The position numbers and the translations under genes were made by a program. Shown piece by piece: positions 33,170 through 46,277 of a stretch of DNA of 56,100 nt (position 1 is its first letter; each line of letters begins with the position of its first letter). The notes beneath the pieces were generated by a model. It was not told the origin of the DNA. It searched no databases and saw only the letters and a list, made by a program, of their open reading frames with translations. Source of the stretch: Octopus bimaculoides (Eukaryota); NCBI RefSeq assembly GCF_001194135.2, contig NC_069004.1:33394491-33450590 (forward strand), in the 5' to 3' direction.

Positions 33170-33800
33170 ACGCCGTCAGTCGGTATGCTAGAAATAGCAG
33201 CCGTACACCCCTCAACTCATGTCTGTGTCGTTTTAAAAACCGGAAAACACATTGCATATTGTCATCCTAGGTACATTGTGACTGAAGAAGAATAACAAAA
33301 CAAAAGAATATCAAAACAAGAAAGGGTGGTCACCGCTGGAGTGCCTTTTGATCATAAGCAGTCACCGGTTGAACGAGGAAGCCTTCAAGTGAAAAAAGTG
33401 CCCTGAAGTTCGTACTTCAACCGTCTTTAAGAAAGCGGGAGGACACATTTAATAATGGAGTCCTAGATACATTGTGTCTGAGAATAAAAACAACAAAAAA
33501 AAGGGTGACGCGGCTGGAGTGCCTTTTGATAAGTCTCCCAGAGCACAGCTGACCGAGGGTTAAACAACAGTAGCAACAAGGAGCAGCAGTTACCGGTTGA
33601 ACGAGGTGGCTGGGGGGGGGGACCCTACATGGTCAGTCGCCGCTAGAAACAGCAGCTAAATCGCTCTGTCAACTCACGCTATCATCTTAAGAAATAAAAC
33701 GTTTAAAGACACGTTGGGCAATGTAATTCCAGGGATGGTCACGGCTGGAATACATTTGATTACAAGTGAGTTAATTCGATCAGCGCTGACCTCGGGTTGG
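33170..33800 (+). repeat. Three diverged tandem partial copies of family E
   Basis: GCTGGAGTGCCTTTTGAT at about 33335 and 33512 (variant at 33745); ACCGGTTGAACGAGG at about 33364 and 33592. Confidence 0.6.
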
Positions 33801-33819
33801 GGGGGGGATAAACAACTAC

Positions 33820-34079
33820 AATTAGTAGTAGTAGTAGTTGCAGTAGTCCCTCCCATCCCTTCTCTCCTATTTGTATTAGTTGTAGTGGTGGTGGTGGTGG
33901 TGGTAAGAGGAATGGAAACAGCAAGAGTCACCAACCTCTACTCCACGACCGGCGTCTCTCTAGTAGTAGTGGTGGTGGTGGTGGTAGTAGTCATCGTTGT
34001 AGTAGTAGTAACGTAGTAACTTCTCCACCGCCGTAGCCTCAGAAACGTACTACTACAACTAACACTACTATTGCTGTTG

Positions 34080-34112
<33 letters not shown>

Positions 34113-34790
34113 AACTACTACCACCACCACTACTAGAGATAGTAGTAGAGTGCTGTTAGTAATAACTGAACCAGCATCACTCACTCTATCTCCTCTTCCC
34201 CTTGTGTGTTTGTATGTGTGTATATATATATATATATAATAATATAAATATATATATATCTATGTATATATTTATATATAGATATATATATATAGAGAGA
34301 GAGAGAGAAATAGATAGAGTGAGAGAGAGAGAGATACAGATATTTAGAGAGTGATATGCTACTACGATTAGTAGTGATTGAGGTGGCGGTAGTAGTAATA
34401 GTAGCAGCCGTAGTGATGATGGTGGTGGTGGTGGTGAGGGTGATGGAGTGGTAAACAGCTGCAATGGTGGCGGGGCTGGTGGTGATTGGTAAAGTAGCAG
34501 GAGTGACGGTTATAGTAACACTGTAGTGGCGGTGAGGACGGTAATGTAACTATGGTGATGACGGCGGGTTTAGTGAAGTAGCACTGGTGGTGGCGGCGGC
34601 GATAGTGAACATAACAGTGTTGGTGGGGACGGCGGTAGTGCTGTTAGTTAAGCTGTAGCGGTGGTGGTAGTGGCGTCGGTGATAGCGAAGTAGAAGTCGC
34701 AGTGGTGGCGGCGTCGGTGATAGCGAAGTAGAAGTACTAGCAGCAGTGGTGGTGGTAGTTCCCCCTTCTTAAGCGACGGTGTAACACGTC
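33820..34790. repeat. (TAG)/(GGT)/(TAC) low-complexity region
   Basis: Direct inspection; includes a 26-bp direct repeat GGCGTCGGTGATAGCGAAGTAGAAGT with a 36-bp period. Confidence 0.85.
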
Positions 34791-35689
34791 TTTTTAACAA
34801 CACGCACTCACTCACACACACATTGTTATACATACATATATACACTCTTCGCCACTACCGTTCATCAAAAAAGGATTGTTACAATATATCTATATCTAAT
34901 AATACGAAAATATAGGGGAAGAAAGAGATTTTAATCTCTGTATAGAAAACTATAGAGATATAATATACACACACACATATATATATGCATACATTTCTAT
35001 GTGTACGTGTGTGTGTATATTTATATATATAGCAATCCTAGACGGATAATTTTATTATTGTACGACAGCCAGTTTGAATACGAACCATTGGAGATTATTT
35101 CCAAAAGAGAATCAAAAAAGGACATATACAGAAATATAATATATATTAAATACGTGTGTGTGTATGTATAAACATTTTTATTCCTTATTTAAAAAAAAAA
35201 ACTTGCTTCTAATTTTAACATATATGTCGATTTCTATACATTTGTATTGTATATTATATGTGTGTATATATCGATAGATGCTGCATTTTATATTCCTATA
35301 TTGTATTATATACATACATATCCTGATCTATATATTTAGATTGTAAATATCTGTATTATGTACATGCATATATTCTATATTATATACGCATCTATATTAC
35401 ATATGTATTATTATTACTGATGTTAATCTTATTAATGTTTGTTGAGGTTGTTTTCGTTCTTCCTGTTATTGCTGAGATGCCAACTACTTTCTCAAAAGGT
35501 CGTTTTAAGATATTAGTTTATACATACATATATATATATTATCCGGAATGTATTATATATCCATCAAGGCTGCGTGTGTGTGTATAATTGGGGATTGTTT
35601 GTTTGTGTTACATGCATCTGCATTGCGAGATGTTTTGTATACTGTGATAATTTTTACTAATTATACAAATATATGAGCTTCCAAACATA

Positions 35690-35696
35690 CATGGTT

Positions 35697-35766
<70 letters not shown>

Positions 35767-37137
35767 CAGTGCTGCAGCAAACACATGCTCTGACGCATGC
35801 CATTAAATTCATCTTGTACCACCATATACCAGCACCATACTATGTAATACTTCTGCAGCACTATACACACACACACACATATTGCAGTACTACAGCACAT
35901 ACATACACACACAAACACATTAGAATAGTAATAACATATAATCAGATTAGATGCAAGACTTCAACCACACCGTACAAGGTACAAGAAGACTACAACACAT
36001 ACACTGCATTACTTACGATTGTAACACACACACACATTTGGTATAAAACTCATATTACAGATACAAGAGTACCACAACACAGACGTACCACATACAACAC
36101 CTACAGCACTAGATCTGAGTGTTACATATACTAAATAAATTACATACCACATTAGATACAGCAGTACTAGAACACACACCACATCAGATTCGAGAAAGTA
36201 ACACACATACACACACTGGGTACAATTATATACCTAACACATTATACATACCACAGCATTTTCAACACGACGCGCGCACACACATATATGTTNNNNNNNN
36301 NNNNNNNNNNNNNNNNNNNNNNNNNNNNNNNNNNNNNNNNNNNNNNNNNNNNNNNNNNNNNNNNNNNNNNNNNNNNNNNNNNNNNNNNNNNNNNNNNNNN
36401 NNNNNNNNNNNNNNNNNNNNNNNNNNNNNNNNNNNNNNNNNNNNNNNNNNNNNNNNNNNNNNNNNNNNNNNNNNNNNNNNNNNNNNNNNNNNNNNNNNNN
36501 NNNNNNNNNNNNNNNNNNNNNNNNNNNNNNNNNNNNNNNNNNNNNNNNNNNNNNNNNNNNNNNNNNNNNNNNNNNNNNNNNNNNNNNNNNNNNNNNNNNN
36601 NNNNNNNNNNNNNNNNNNNNNNNNNNNNNNNNNNNNNNNNNNNNNNNNNNNNNNNNNNNNNNNNNNNNNNNNNNNNNNNNNNNNNNNNNNNNNNNNNNNN
36701 NNNNNNNNCACATAGGGATATCACATTAGACATATCTGTACTATAACATATACACCAAGAGAGATACCACTAATGCTTACACACATAGATCCTATTATAC
36801 TACACTACTATTCCTACATTTACACCACATATAACACCCACACATACAGTATATATATAATATATATATGTATATATACCGCGACTACGTCTGTCTGTGT
36901 CTGTCTACCTATATATGCACCGTTACAACATACACAGGTACATACCCGTACTGCAACACTCACACATGTACACACGATTGCAACACACAGATACATACCA
37001 GTACTACAACACACACACCAGCGATGCAACACATACTTCATATACCAACGTTGCACAACTCCTGTGCACATCACAAATTATTGCACCAGAGTCGTTTACA
37101 CACACATCTATCTATATGCGTCTATAATCTATATATT

Positions 37138-37186
<49 letters not shown>

Positions 37187-37190
37187 GTTG
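35690..37190. repeat. (TA)n arrays and degenerate CA-rich minisatellite spanning a gap
   Basis: Recurrent GTACTACAACACACAC/GCAACACAC units. Confidence 0.8.
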
Positions 37191-37407
37191 CACATCTGAA
37201 AGTGTTTTCTCTGTTGGTGTGATATTGTTATGACAGTCACCGTAATTGGCACACGTTCACGCACGTGTAATTATGTTTTAAATGTGTGTGTGTGTGTACT
37301 TGTATATCTCTCTTGTTCTCCCCTCTTTCTCTCTATCTAATTGTTTTCATGTCGAGTTATAAAAAAAAATTAACATTAAACTGAAAAATTACTCATCTTT
37401 GTGTGCA

Positions 37408-37451
<44 letters not shown>

Positions 37452-38527
37452 AGATGGGTGACAGTAACTTCGAAGTTACGCAGTGTAGCACTTTTCACAC
37501 AGTGCTACTGATTTGTGTGGTATATATTATTCACACACACATATATAAATATACACCTGTATGTTTTGCAGTCACACTACACACACACACATGCACAAAG
37601 TACTCTATATACCACTTTATTGTATCGTTGATGTATAATATTTTATCTGCTTTATTAGTGTGTGTATATATATATTTGTGTATAGGTGTGTATATTAATG
37701 TACTTTTCTCAAATACACAAGTTTTATTCATACACACGGGCACACACGCGCTTATACATACATACATACACACACACACAAACTGTCACCGTATTTCTAG
37801 GCGAGCTCCAGTCCTTGCATTATAATGTTTCACAAAGTAAAACTACATCCTACTGCGACTGGTTTCACTTCAGGGCCATCTTATATATGGGCAACAATCA
37901 TAAGATTACACTTTCTTTCCTTGTCTGTGTGTAGGCGTTAGGAAGGGCATCCAACTACAAATCGTGTCAAAGCAAACCTTGAGTTCGATCTAATCCTTTG
38001 CATTCATCGAACCCTATTTAAACTGTCCAACCCATGCCATCCTGGAACATGGACGTTAAATGACTTATGCATCACTGTACCTTAGGACCGGCGACATTGA
38101 AATCCATCTTTTATGTTATTAAATTATTCATGGATTGTTTATATATACACTGGCATGTATTTCTTCCGTGTGCGTGCGTGTGTGTGTATAGATAGACGGA
38201 TGTATGTATACACCCCGCCCACTGTCAATGTAAGCAAAATGTGTGTTTATGACGTGTCATCACATTGCTAATGAGTTGAGTTGAGTTATTTTGAAGCAAT
38301 AATAGTCAACCAAGCGGATATATATATATATATATAGACTCGATATACACGCCCTGTCTCTCTACGCTTTTACGTATTCTAATTACATGCGTATTGTGTG
38401 TAGTGTGTGTATATATGTGTGGGATTATGTGCATATGTAATGTTTACCTCTGTGTGTGTGTATGTAATGTACTTGTTTCAACATATGGCTTCGTCGAATA
38501 TAAAGTTTATCTAAATGCGTATTACTT

Positions 38528-38571
<44 letters not shown>

Positions 38572-38581
38572 NNNNNNNNNN

Positions 38582-38621
<40 letters not shown>

Positions 38622-39085
38622 TCACATTTTTTTAATATAGATTACTATATGCTTTACACTTATAGATTGTGTATATGTCTGTATAGCGATTAATATATTA
38701 ACCCGGTGTGTGTGTACATATATATATATACACACATAATCTGAGAAATATTTCTCACACCCAATTACTGTATTACACAAACGTTTGTGCTTAATATAGG
38801 ACGTATATTGTATGTATACGAACACATACATACACACACATGAAATATTTCACATAAACACATACGTGAACACACACATACATGTCACTTGTTACTTAAT
38901 CACGTACCTTTATTTTGTCAACTTTTAGCATGAATGACTTAATCACGCGGTTGTGTGTTTGCGAGAGAGAGTAGTCATGTTTTTCTTTGTGTGTGTGTGT
39001 ATATATATATATATCTGTCTGTCTGTCTCTCTCTATCTCTCTCTCTTTCTCTCTCTCTCTCTCTTTCTCTCTCTCNNNNNNNNNN

Positions 39086-39130
<45 letters not shown>

Positions 39131-39233
39131 ATCATGTCCTTATATCCCTTAACGTAGCTTTAGATTTCCTAGATACACAATGCCAAGTGAGGTTTTGTCA
39201 GGTAATGATTTAAAAAATGCGTGATCTCAAACT

Positions 39234-40688
39234 GTCCATCAGTGACCATCCAGAGTCACATTATTCAATGTGACCTTCCCCCACTTTCTTAAAATCTGCA
39301 GTATTTGTGTATGTGAACGGTGGTGGTGGGGGAGGAGAGATGTGTTTTCTATTTCTAGCACATCGTATTGTCACATAAATGTTTCCTCGTTCGTTCAAGT
39401 GTTTGTTTCTTCACTAATCTGCTCTCATCATGTAGACCAGTGGCTATCGACTGGGGTCCATTTAAGACTGTGTAGTTAAAATTTATCTGCAGCACACCGC
39501 TTCTACAACACACAAAATATTTTAACAGTCTTTATACAATTCCCAACAATATTTAATTACAAAAATGTAGAAGGATTTTTTAAACATGGAATGTCCGTTG
39601 GGGTCCACCCATGCGAAATAGGAATTAAAATCAAAAAGATCCATAGGCAAAAAATGGTTGAGAACCACTGAGTAGCTGTATGGTCAAAGTCTTTCCAGCT
39701 GTGACAATCATGTAGAACTGCTATGTCTTTTTTTTTTTTTACATAGTGTGACTGAAGAGGAAGAGGGATGATTTGGTTGCTATTACAATCAAGTTGAATG
39801 ACCGCAGACACTTTCTGCTGACAATGTATTAAATGTACACGTCTCTGTCGTGTACCATTTAACATGCATTAAATCTAGCATTTGTATTTCTTGACTTATT
39901 AATTGCTTTTTACCAATGTTTTTGTTGGTATCTTGACCCTCTCCACTCCATAAAGGTCAAACATCTTGTCAGTTCTTGAGGAACCCAGGCTCTACTAGCA
40001 AGAAAACTCCACTACACCATATCCACTAAACTTGAACAGCATTTGGTTGGAGCCCTCATAGTCACACCATGAGACCTCAAACTTACTGAGGATTCCACCT
40101 GGTGAATGCATGTTCTCAGCATAGTTAGGATGGCATCAGAAAGACTGACCCTTAGCTTCAGGGCTGCAAAATATCTCAGACCTTAAACAGCTGACAACAA
40201 TCTACAAAGATCAAGGGAGATCCTCTGTAAAGTACTGCTCCTACAGCTGGGAGCAGCCACACCATGTAAAAAAGACATGGCAGTTCTACATGATTGTCAT
40301 GACTGGAATGACTTTGATCATACATCCACTCAGTTGTTCTCAACCATTTTTTGCTTATGGGCCCCTTGGATTTCTATTTTACTCGTTATAAAAAAATTAA
40401 ACTATTTTGTGTATTGTCAAAGTATAAGTGATGTACTGCAGATAGATTTTAACAACAAAATCTTGTATGGACCCCAGTTAATGCCCACTGGTCTACATGA
40501 TGAGGGCAGAATAGTGAAGAAACATCACCACCTGAATGAATGAGGGACCCTCAGTATGGCAATACAAGGTGCTAGAAATAGAAAACAAATCTCTCCTCAA
40601 CCCCACCATACACACACATGCTGCAGATTTTTGAAAAGCAGGGAAGGTCACATTGAATAATGTGGCTATGCTCTCACACCTGACGGAC
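39234..40688. repeat. 1.45-kb inverted duplication (arms about 520 and 435 bp, spacer about 500 bp)
   Basis: GTCACATTATTCAATGTGACCTTCCC (about 39257) vs GGGAAGGTCACATTGAATAATGTGGC (about 40640); ACAATCATGTAGAACTGC vs GCAGTTCTACATGATTGT; inner ends 39754/40254. Confidence 0.85.
39437..39670 (-). mobile_element. hAT-like MITE (CAGTGGTTCTCAA ends), mirrored at 40327-40492
   Basis: Ends CAGTGGCTATCGACTGGGGTCC and AAAATGGTTGAGAACCACTG; no clear 8-bp TSD. Confidence 0.55.
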
Positions 40689-41409
40689 TGCATCTAGAGA
40701 AGGTCCAGGATGTCTATATGCATAGCAGTAGCACCGGTTAGCCACTCAACTGATCAATATTCAATCACTTGTAGACATGGTCCAACCTCACGCTCCACGG
40801 GTGTACTCTCTCCTCTCTCTGTTGCATGCATATGTGCACACACAGGGACATGCACATGTACAAAAATGCATGTGAATATGCACACATGTGCATGCACGCA
40901 CATGCACATATGCACACATACGCACATACATACACATGCATACATGCACACGTACACTTATGTAGAGCTAGATAAGTACATCTGGCAAGAATTGACCGTT
41001 TCAAAGTAAAGTAGCGCTACATGTTGAAAGAAATACGAGTTTTATCAACAGAAATTCCAAAGTTATTTTGAAAACTATAAGATTCTTTGATGTTAACGGG
41101 GAACCATGAAATAACACCTGATTTCTTTTGAAATAGCATTTTTTTTCCTTCTTTTTGGTTTATCTGAAGTGGTTACTTCTTGCGATGATGAAGTAGAGTC
41201 CCATATCGGCAAATGTCTAAGGAACTGTCTGTAATGACAGATTAGGTTCTTTGTCATTCATTTTTAACCTCTCCTATCCTCATGCTTGCTATCTGTCTTT
41301 TATGTCAAAAAGTAAACAATCTTATCCATGGAAGGCAATCAGAAATGTAATTTATCAATAAATCATTTTTAAGGGTGGAACTTGAGATTGATAAAACTAT
41401 AAATAATAT

Positions 41410-41593
41410 CTTTTATCTGGTTTGTCACTGGATTGTGGTCATGCTGGGGCACCACTTTGGAGAGTGTTTGATCAAGGGAGTCAACCGTGGTACTTATTTT
41501 TGCAGCCCTGATATTTATTCTATTGGTACCTCTTCATACCGAACTGTTACAAGGACATAAACATACCAACTCTGGTTGCCAAGCGGTGGTGGG

Positions 41594-41627
<34 letters not shown>

Positions 41628-41775
41628 TATGGGCTTCTTTCAGTTTCTGTCTACCAAATCCACTCACAAGGTTTTGGTTGGCCTGAGGCTATAGTAGAAG
41701 ACACTTGCCCAAGGTGCCACGCAGTGGGACTGAACCTGGAACCATGTACATGGAAAGCAAACTTCTTACCACACT
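41410..41775 (-). mobile_element. SINE family A
   Basis: Colinear with the other copies. Confidence 0.85.
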
Positions 41776-41804
41776 TTCCTACCTGCACCTATATAGATAA
41801 ATTC

Positions 41805-42295
41805 TTTTATTTGTTTGTCATTTGACTGCTGCCATGCTGGAGCACCATCTTTTAGTTGAACAAATTGACCCCAGGACTTATTCTTTGTAAGCCTAGTACT
41901 TATTGTATTGGTCCCTTTTGCGAACCACTAAGTTACAGGGACTTAAACACACCGTCATCGGTTGTCAAGCAAAGGTTNNNNNNNNNNNNNNNNNNNNNNN
42001 NNNNNNNNNNNNNNNNNNNNNNNNNNNNNNNNNNNNNNNNNNNNNNNNNNNNNNNNNNNNNNNNNNNNNNNNNNNNNNNNNNNNNNNNNNNNNNNNNNNN
42101 NNNNNNNNNATACATACATATATATATATATATATATATGATGGGTTTCTTTCAGTTTCCGTCTACGAAATCCACTCACAAGGCTTTGGTCAGCCTGAGG
42201 CTATAGTAGAAGACACTTGCTGAAGGTTCCACACAGTGGAACTGAACCTGGAACCATGGGGTTGGTAAGCAAGCTGCTTCCCATACAGCAATGCC
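41805..42295 (-). mobile_element. SINE family A spanning a gap
   Basis: Tail and head halves flank the N run at the internal microsatellite. Confidence 0.85.
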
Positions 42296-42417
42296 TGTGC
42301 CAATGTTTTAAATTTTTTTTAAACGCCAAAATAGTTTATGTTACAAGAAATGATACAAGTAGTATTAACAGAACCAGATTGCATGGAGCAGCTGATTGGC
42401 TGCTATATCAGCCTGTA

Positions 42418-43019
42418 CATGCAAAAATGGTTCAGTTTTATACCACGACAGCAAGTTTCAAGATGGCATGTCATTTGATGCTTGTCCAGTTTGTGTGGTA
42501 CCTACTTGTCCAACTTCTTTACTTTACCTATTTGTTTCAGACGGTCCAATACAATTGGAATTGGAACCTCAACTCTTGCTGCTAACTCACGCATAGTTTG
42601 AGAAGCATCCACTTCCACTACAGATTTCAGCTCATCATTATCAACCTGGTCTCTGGTCTACCATGGAGTTGATTTTCAAAAGTGAAGTCACCAGACCAGA
42701 ACTTCTCAAACCATCGACGTACAGTGCGCTCATTCACCACATCTTCACCTCACTGGTGTTTCGAGCCGTCTGGGATGCATTGGTTCCACGATGGAACACA
42801 TATTCATAAACAACACAAATTTTTTATCTATCCACAGGTTCACAGAAATTGATTTACAAGAGAAAACTCACAGTTATAATCAGACACCATGAATTACATT
42901 TTGAAAAGTGATGTAACTCTTCAATGATGTAAAACAAAGAATTGTCAGAATAAAACATTAGAGTTAATGACTGTCAAACTTGGTACATAAGAAAATCTAA
43001 CATTTCATTCTTAATGACC

Positions 43020-43022
<3 letters not shown>
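42418..43022 (-). mobile_element. Decayed mariner (Hsmar1/cecropia-like) element, 5' part with transposase pseudogene at 42834-42418
   Basis: YEYVFHRGTNASQTARN..NERTVRRWFEKF.SGDF..GRPE.VDNDELK..LKQIGKVKKLDK*VPHKL..KTEPFLH; the WVPHEL motif carries a stop; candidate TIR near 43001-43022. Confidence 0.9.
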
Positions 43023-43057
<35 letters not shown>

Positions 43058-43059
<2 letters not shown>

Positions 43060-43600
43060 TAGCAGTATAACCTGACCTTGTCCAGGTGTGAATTATTACG
43101 CCATCTATGATAAGTCTTGCTTGGTGAAAATCAACTAAAAAAGAAAGCCTTACTACGAAAAAACACTTATGATGTAAATATGTTCATAATTCAAAAGATG
43201 ATGAAATTAACAGGGAAAGTCTGAAGGCTGTTTTGCGTAACATTATTAAGCATACGTAAATTTCATTCCTCTAATTGGCTATAGAAATGCTTGTGCAAAA
43301 CAACTTTTTGCCCTGATTATACATAGCACGGTAATCCCTTTTTGCAGGAGCTAGGACGGCAATTTGTGATGAAGCAATCGCTGGCAATCTGTTGCTACAC
43401 AGTTTTGCCAGAATTCTATCAGATTGAGCAGAAGATAGTGTCCATTACTATGAAATCATTTCAATGATTTTATAAAAACAATCTCATATTTCAATTTTTG
43501 CATCTGATGAGATGGTTTAGTTTTAATGAAATCATTGAAAGTATTGTAAGGAAGGATTTGAAATATGAAAACCTTGTTTTCTCTGATCATTCTCAAGTAT
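43058..43600 (+). mobile_element. Possible Helitron/Helentron-derived non-autonomous element
   Basis: Starts ACTAGCAGTATAACCTGACCTTGTCCAGG directly after (TA)n, resembling HINE 5' ends; 3' end not defined. Confidence 0.25.
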
Positions 43601-43774
43601 GAGGTACTTCCAATTACAGTATAGCTTGTATCCGAAAATATTTTTTTTTATCTTTTACATCTGAATATGTGAACTCATGCAATGTTAAGTGGGATTTATC
43701 AGAATAGGGGAGCTTCAAGTGGTTTGAATATAGAATTCTAATTTGTATAATAATGTTGTGTTTTAGCACGTCAC

Positions 43775-43841
<67 letters not shown>

Positions 43842-44370
43842 GTATGTATATGTATCTTTTGTCATCAGACTTTGGCCATGCTGGGACATTGTCTTGAAGG
43901 GTGGTACTTAGCAGTTTGACAAAAGAGACCAACAGAATGTTATGAGAATATTAACAAACCAACATCAGTTGTCAAGTGATAGGTGACACACATACAAACA
44001 CACGCACATGCATGCACACTCACACACACACACACGATAGGCTTTCACACAGTTACCACTTATCAAATTCACACAAATGACACTTGCCCAAGGTGCTCCA
44101 CTGTGGGATTGAAACCACACGGTTGTGAAGCAAGCTTCTTAACCACAAAGCCATGCATGCACCTACATTATAAATATATATCAGTTAATTGTCTCTTATA
44201 AATAATAGAAATGTTGACAGTGTCTTCAATTGCATTCCATAGTTTGTTGGTCAGTTGCCTTATGAATAATATAAACGTTGTAGATGGTAGACCACACTTT
44301 CAGTTTCATTCATACTTACAAACTGTTCCATACATAGACCATAGTAGAATATTATTATTAAGGTGGCAAA

Positions 44371-44606
44371 GGCGGTGAGCTGGCAGAATCGTTAGCATGC
44401 TGAGCGAAATGCTTAGTGGTATTTCATCTGTTGCTACGTTGTGAGTTCAAATTCTGCCGGGGTCGGCTTTACTTTTTGTCCTTTTGGGGGGGTTGATAAA
44501 ATAAGTACCAGTTGCGTACTGGGGTTGATCTAATCGACTGGCCCCCTTCCTCGAAATTTCAGGTCTTGTGCCTAGACTAGAAAAGATTATTATTATTATT
44601 ATTATT
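44371..44606 (+). mobile_element. SINE family B, full length with (ATT)n tail
   Basis: GGCGGTGAGCTGGCAGAATCGTTAGC head, GAGTTCAAATTC B box, GTACCAGTTGCGTACTGGGG core, ATT tail. Confidence 0.85.
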
Positions 44607-44835
44607 AAAATGGTTGAACTTGGAGAATTATTAGCACATTGGACAAAATGCTGGCTGGTATTTCTTCTATGGGTCTTTACAGTCCTGAATTCAAAACCGA
44701 CCAAGGTTGATTTTGCCTTTTCTTCTTTCAGGCTCTATAAATTAAAGTACCAGTCAAGTACTAGAGTTGATGGTATCAACTTGACCATTTCCACTAAAAA
44801 TTGCTGGCCCTGTGGCAAAAGTAGAAGGAAATTAT
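44607..44835 (+). mobile_element. SINE family B, diverged second copy in tandem
   Basis: Head, GAATTCAAA B box and AAAGTACCAGTCAAGTACT core are colinear with the preceding copy. Confidence 0.7.
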
Positions 44836-45329
44836 TTTTATTGGTGTAATACGCTTGTGTTTCTGGCAATCTGTCATTCATAGATGTCCATGGTCATGTG
44901 ATGACTTCGTCAGTGGAACTTCAAAGAGAATCTTAAGAGATATCTTGTGCTGTTTATTAACTCCCAGCACAGCACAAATGGCATATTTATTCATATTGAT
45001 TACTGCAGCAGCTCACTTTTCTAGGTTAGATTTTAACTACTAATTTAAATATCGATTTTAGTGATTTACGCACTCTTGTAAAGTTTTTGCGTAGTAAATT
45101 GTGTTTCCATAGTAAATTCTATATTGTAACTCTATTTCTTGGCTAATGTAGACCTCTTTGTGTCAACTCCGTGTTCTCACTTGTGTTGCTTTGAATTTAT
45201 TATATTTAAGAGCATAGAAAATGCACTTTTTCCCTCAAAAAATTTCTCAAAAGATCACCCCAGGTCCTTTATGCAAACTTGGGGTTTCTCCAATATGCCT
45301 GTCTCTTTTATGCCATCAAATATAGTAAA

Positions 45330-45635
45330 AGTTAAGACCCTCTTTGGTCAAGAACGACCAAGGGATTGCATCTAGAAAGGTCTCCTCCGAGGCACAAGTC
45401 CAGGCAAGGTTGTTTGTGGATGACCAGCAGTCGTCCATGCATGCCAGCCTCCCCTCTCCACGCCACTGATGTTGTCTCAGAGAAAGGCAAAGGCCATGAT
45501 ACAGTTTGGCACCAGTGATGTTGCAACTCATTTCCTGAGCAATGTGGAATAGTGTTTTGCTCAAGAACACAACACACAGCCTGGGCTGAGAATCGAACTC
45601 ACAACCTCATGATTGTGAGCCTAATACACTGTCAC
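45330..45635 (-). mobile_element. tRNA-derived SINE with a D-like head
   Basis: Minus strand GTGAGTTCGATTCTC B box and GTGTTCTTGAGCAAAACACT central motif. Confidence 0.6.
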
Positions 45636-45677
45636 TTACCAAATACAATATATATATATGCATGTATGTATGTATAT

Positions 45678-46045
45678 TCTTTTACTCTTTTACTTGTTTC
45701 AGTCATTTGACTGTGGCCATGCTGGAGCACCGCCTTTAATCGAACAAATCGACCCCAGGACTTATTCTTTGTAAGCCTAGTACTTATTCTATTGGTCCCT
45801 TTTGCTGAACTGCTACGTGATGGGGACATAAACACACCAACATTGGTTGTCAAGCAATGGTGGGGTGACAAACACAGGTACACCAACATACATATATACA
45901 TATATACGATGGGCTTCTTTCAGTTTCCATCTATCAAATCTACCCAAGTCTATAGCAGAACACACTTGCCCAAGGTGTCACGCAGTGGGACTGAATCTGG
46001 AACCATGTGGTTGGTAAGTAAGCTACTTACCACACAGCCACTCCT
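45678..46045 (-). mobile_element. SINE family A
   Basis: Colinear with the other copies. Confidence 0.88.
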
Positions 46046-46050
46046 GCGCA

Positions 46051-46277
46051 TAACACTTTCGATATGCAAATTAGGTACTCTTTCATAGAGTAACTGCTGC
46101 CTTTGTTGAGTATATAAATAGTTTGGCTGCTTGTTTCCCTGGAGATTGTCAGAATGATGTAGACGCCTCTGATGAGAACTCAGTAATGTTTGAAAATCAA
46201 TTAAGGTTTTTCATAATTTTTTTTTTTCAGTCTGCAGAGAAATGGCTATAATTTTCCGTTTGTAATTATACCATATG

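Noticed and set aside
43495-43560. CTGATGA..GAAA on the plus strand
   Set aside because: No stem I partner or NUH triplet; likely chance in AT-rich DNA.
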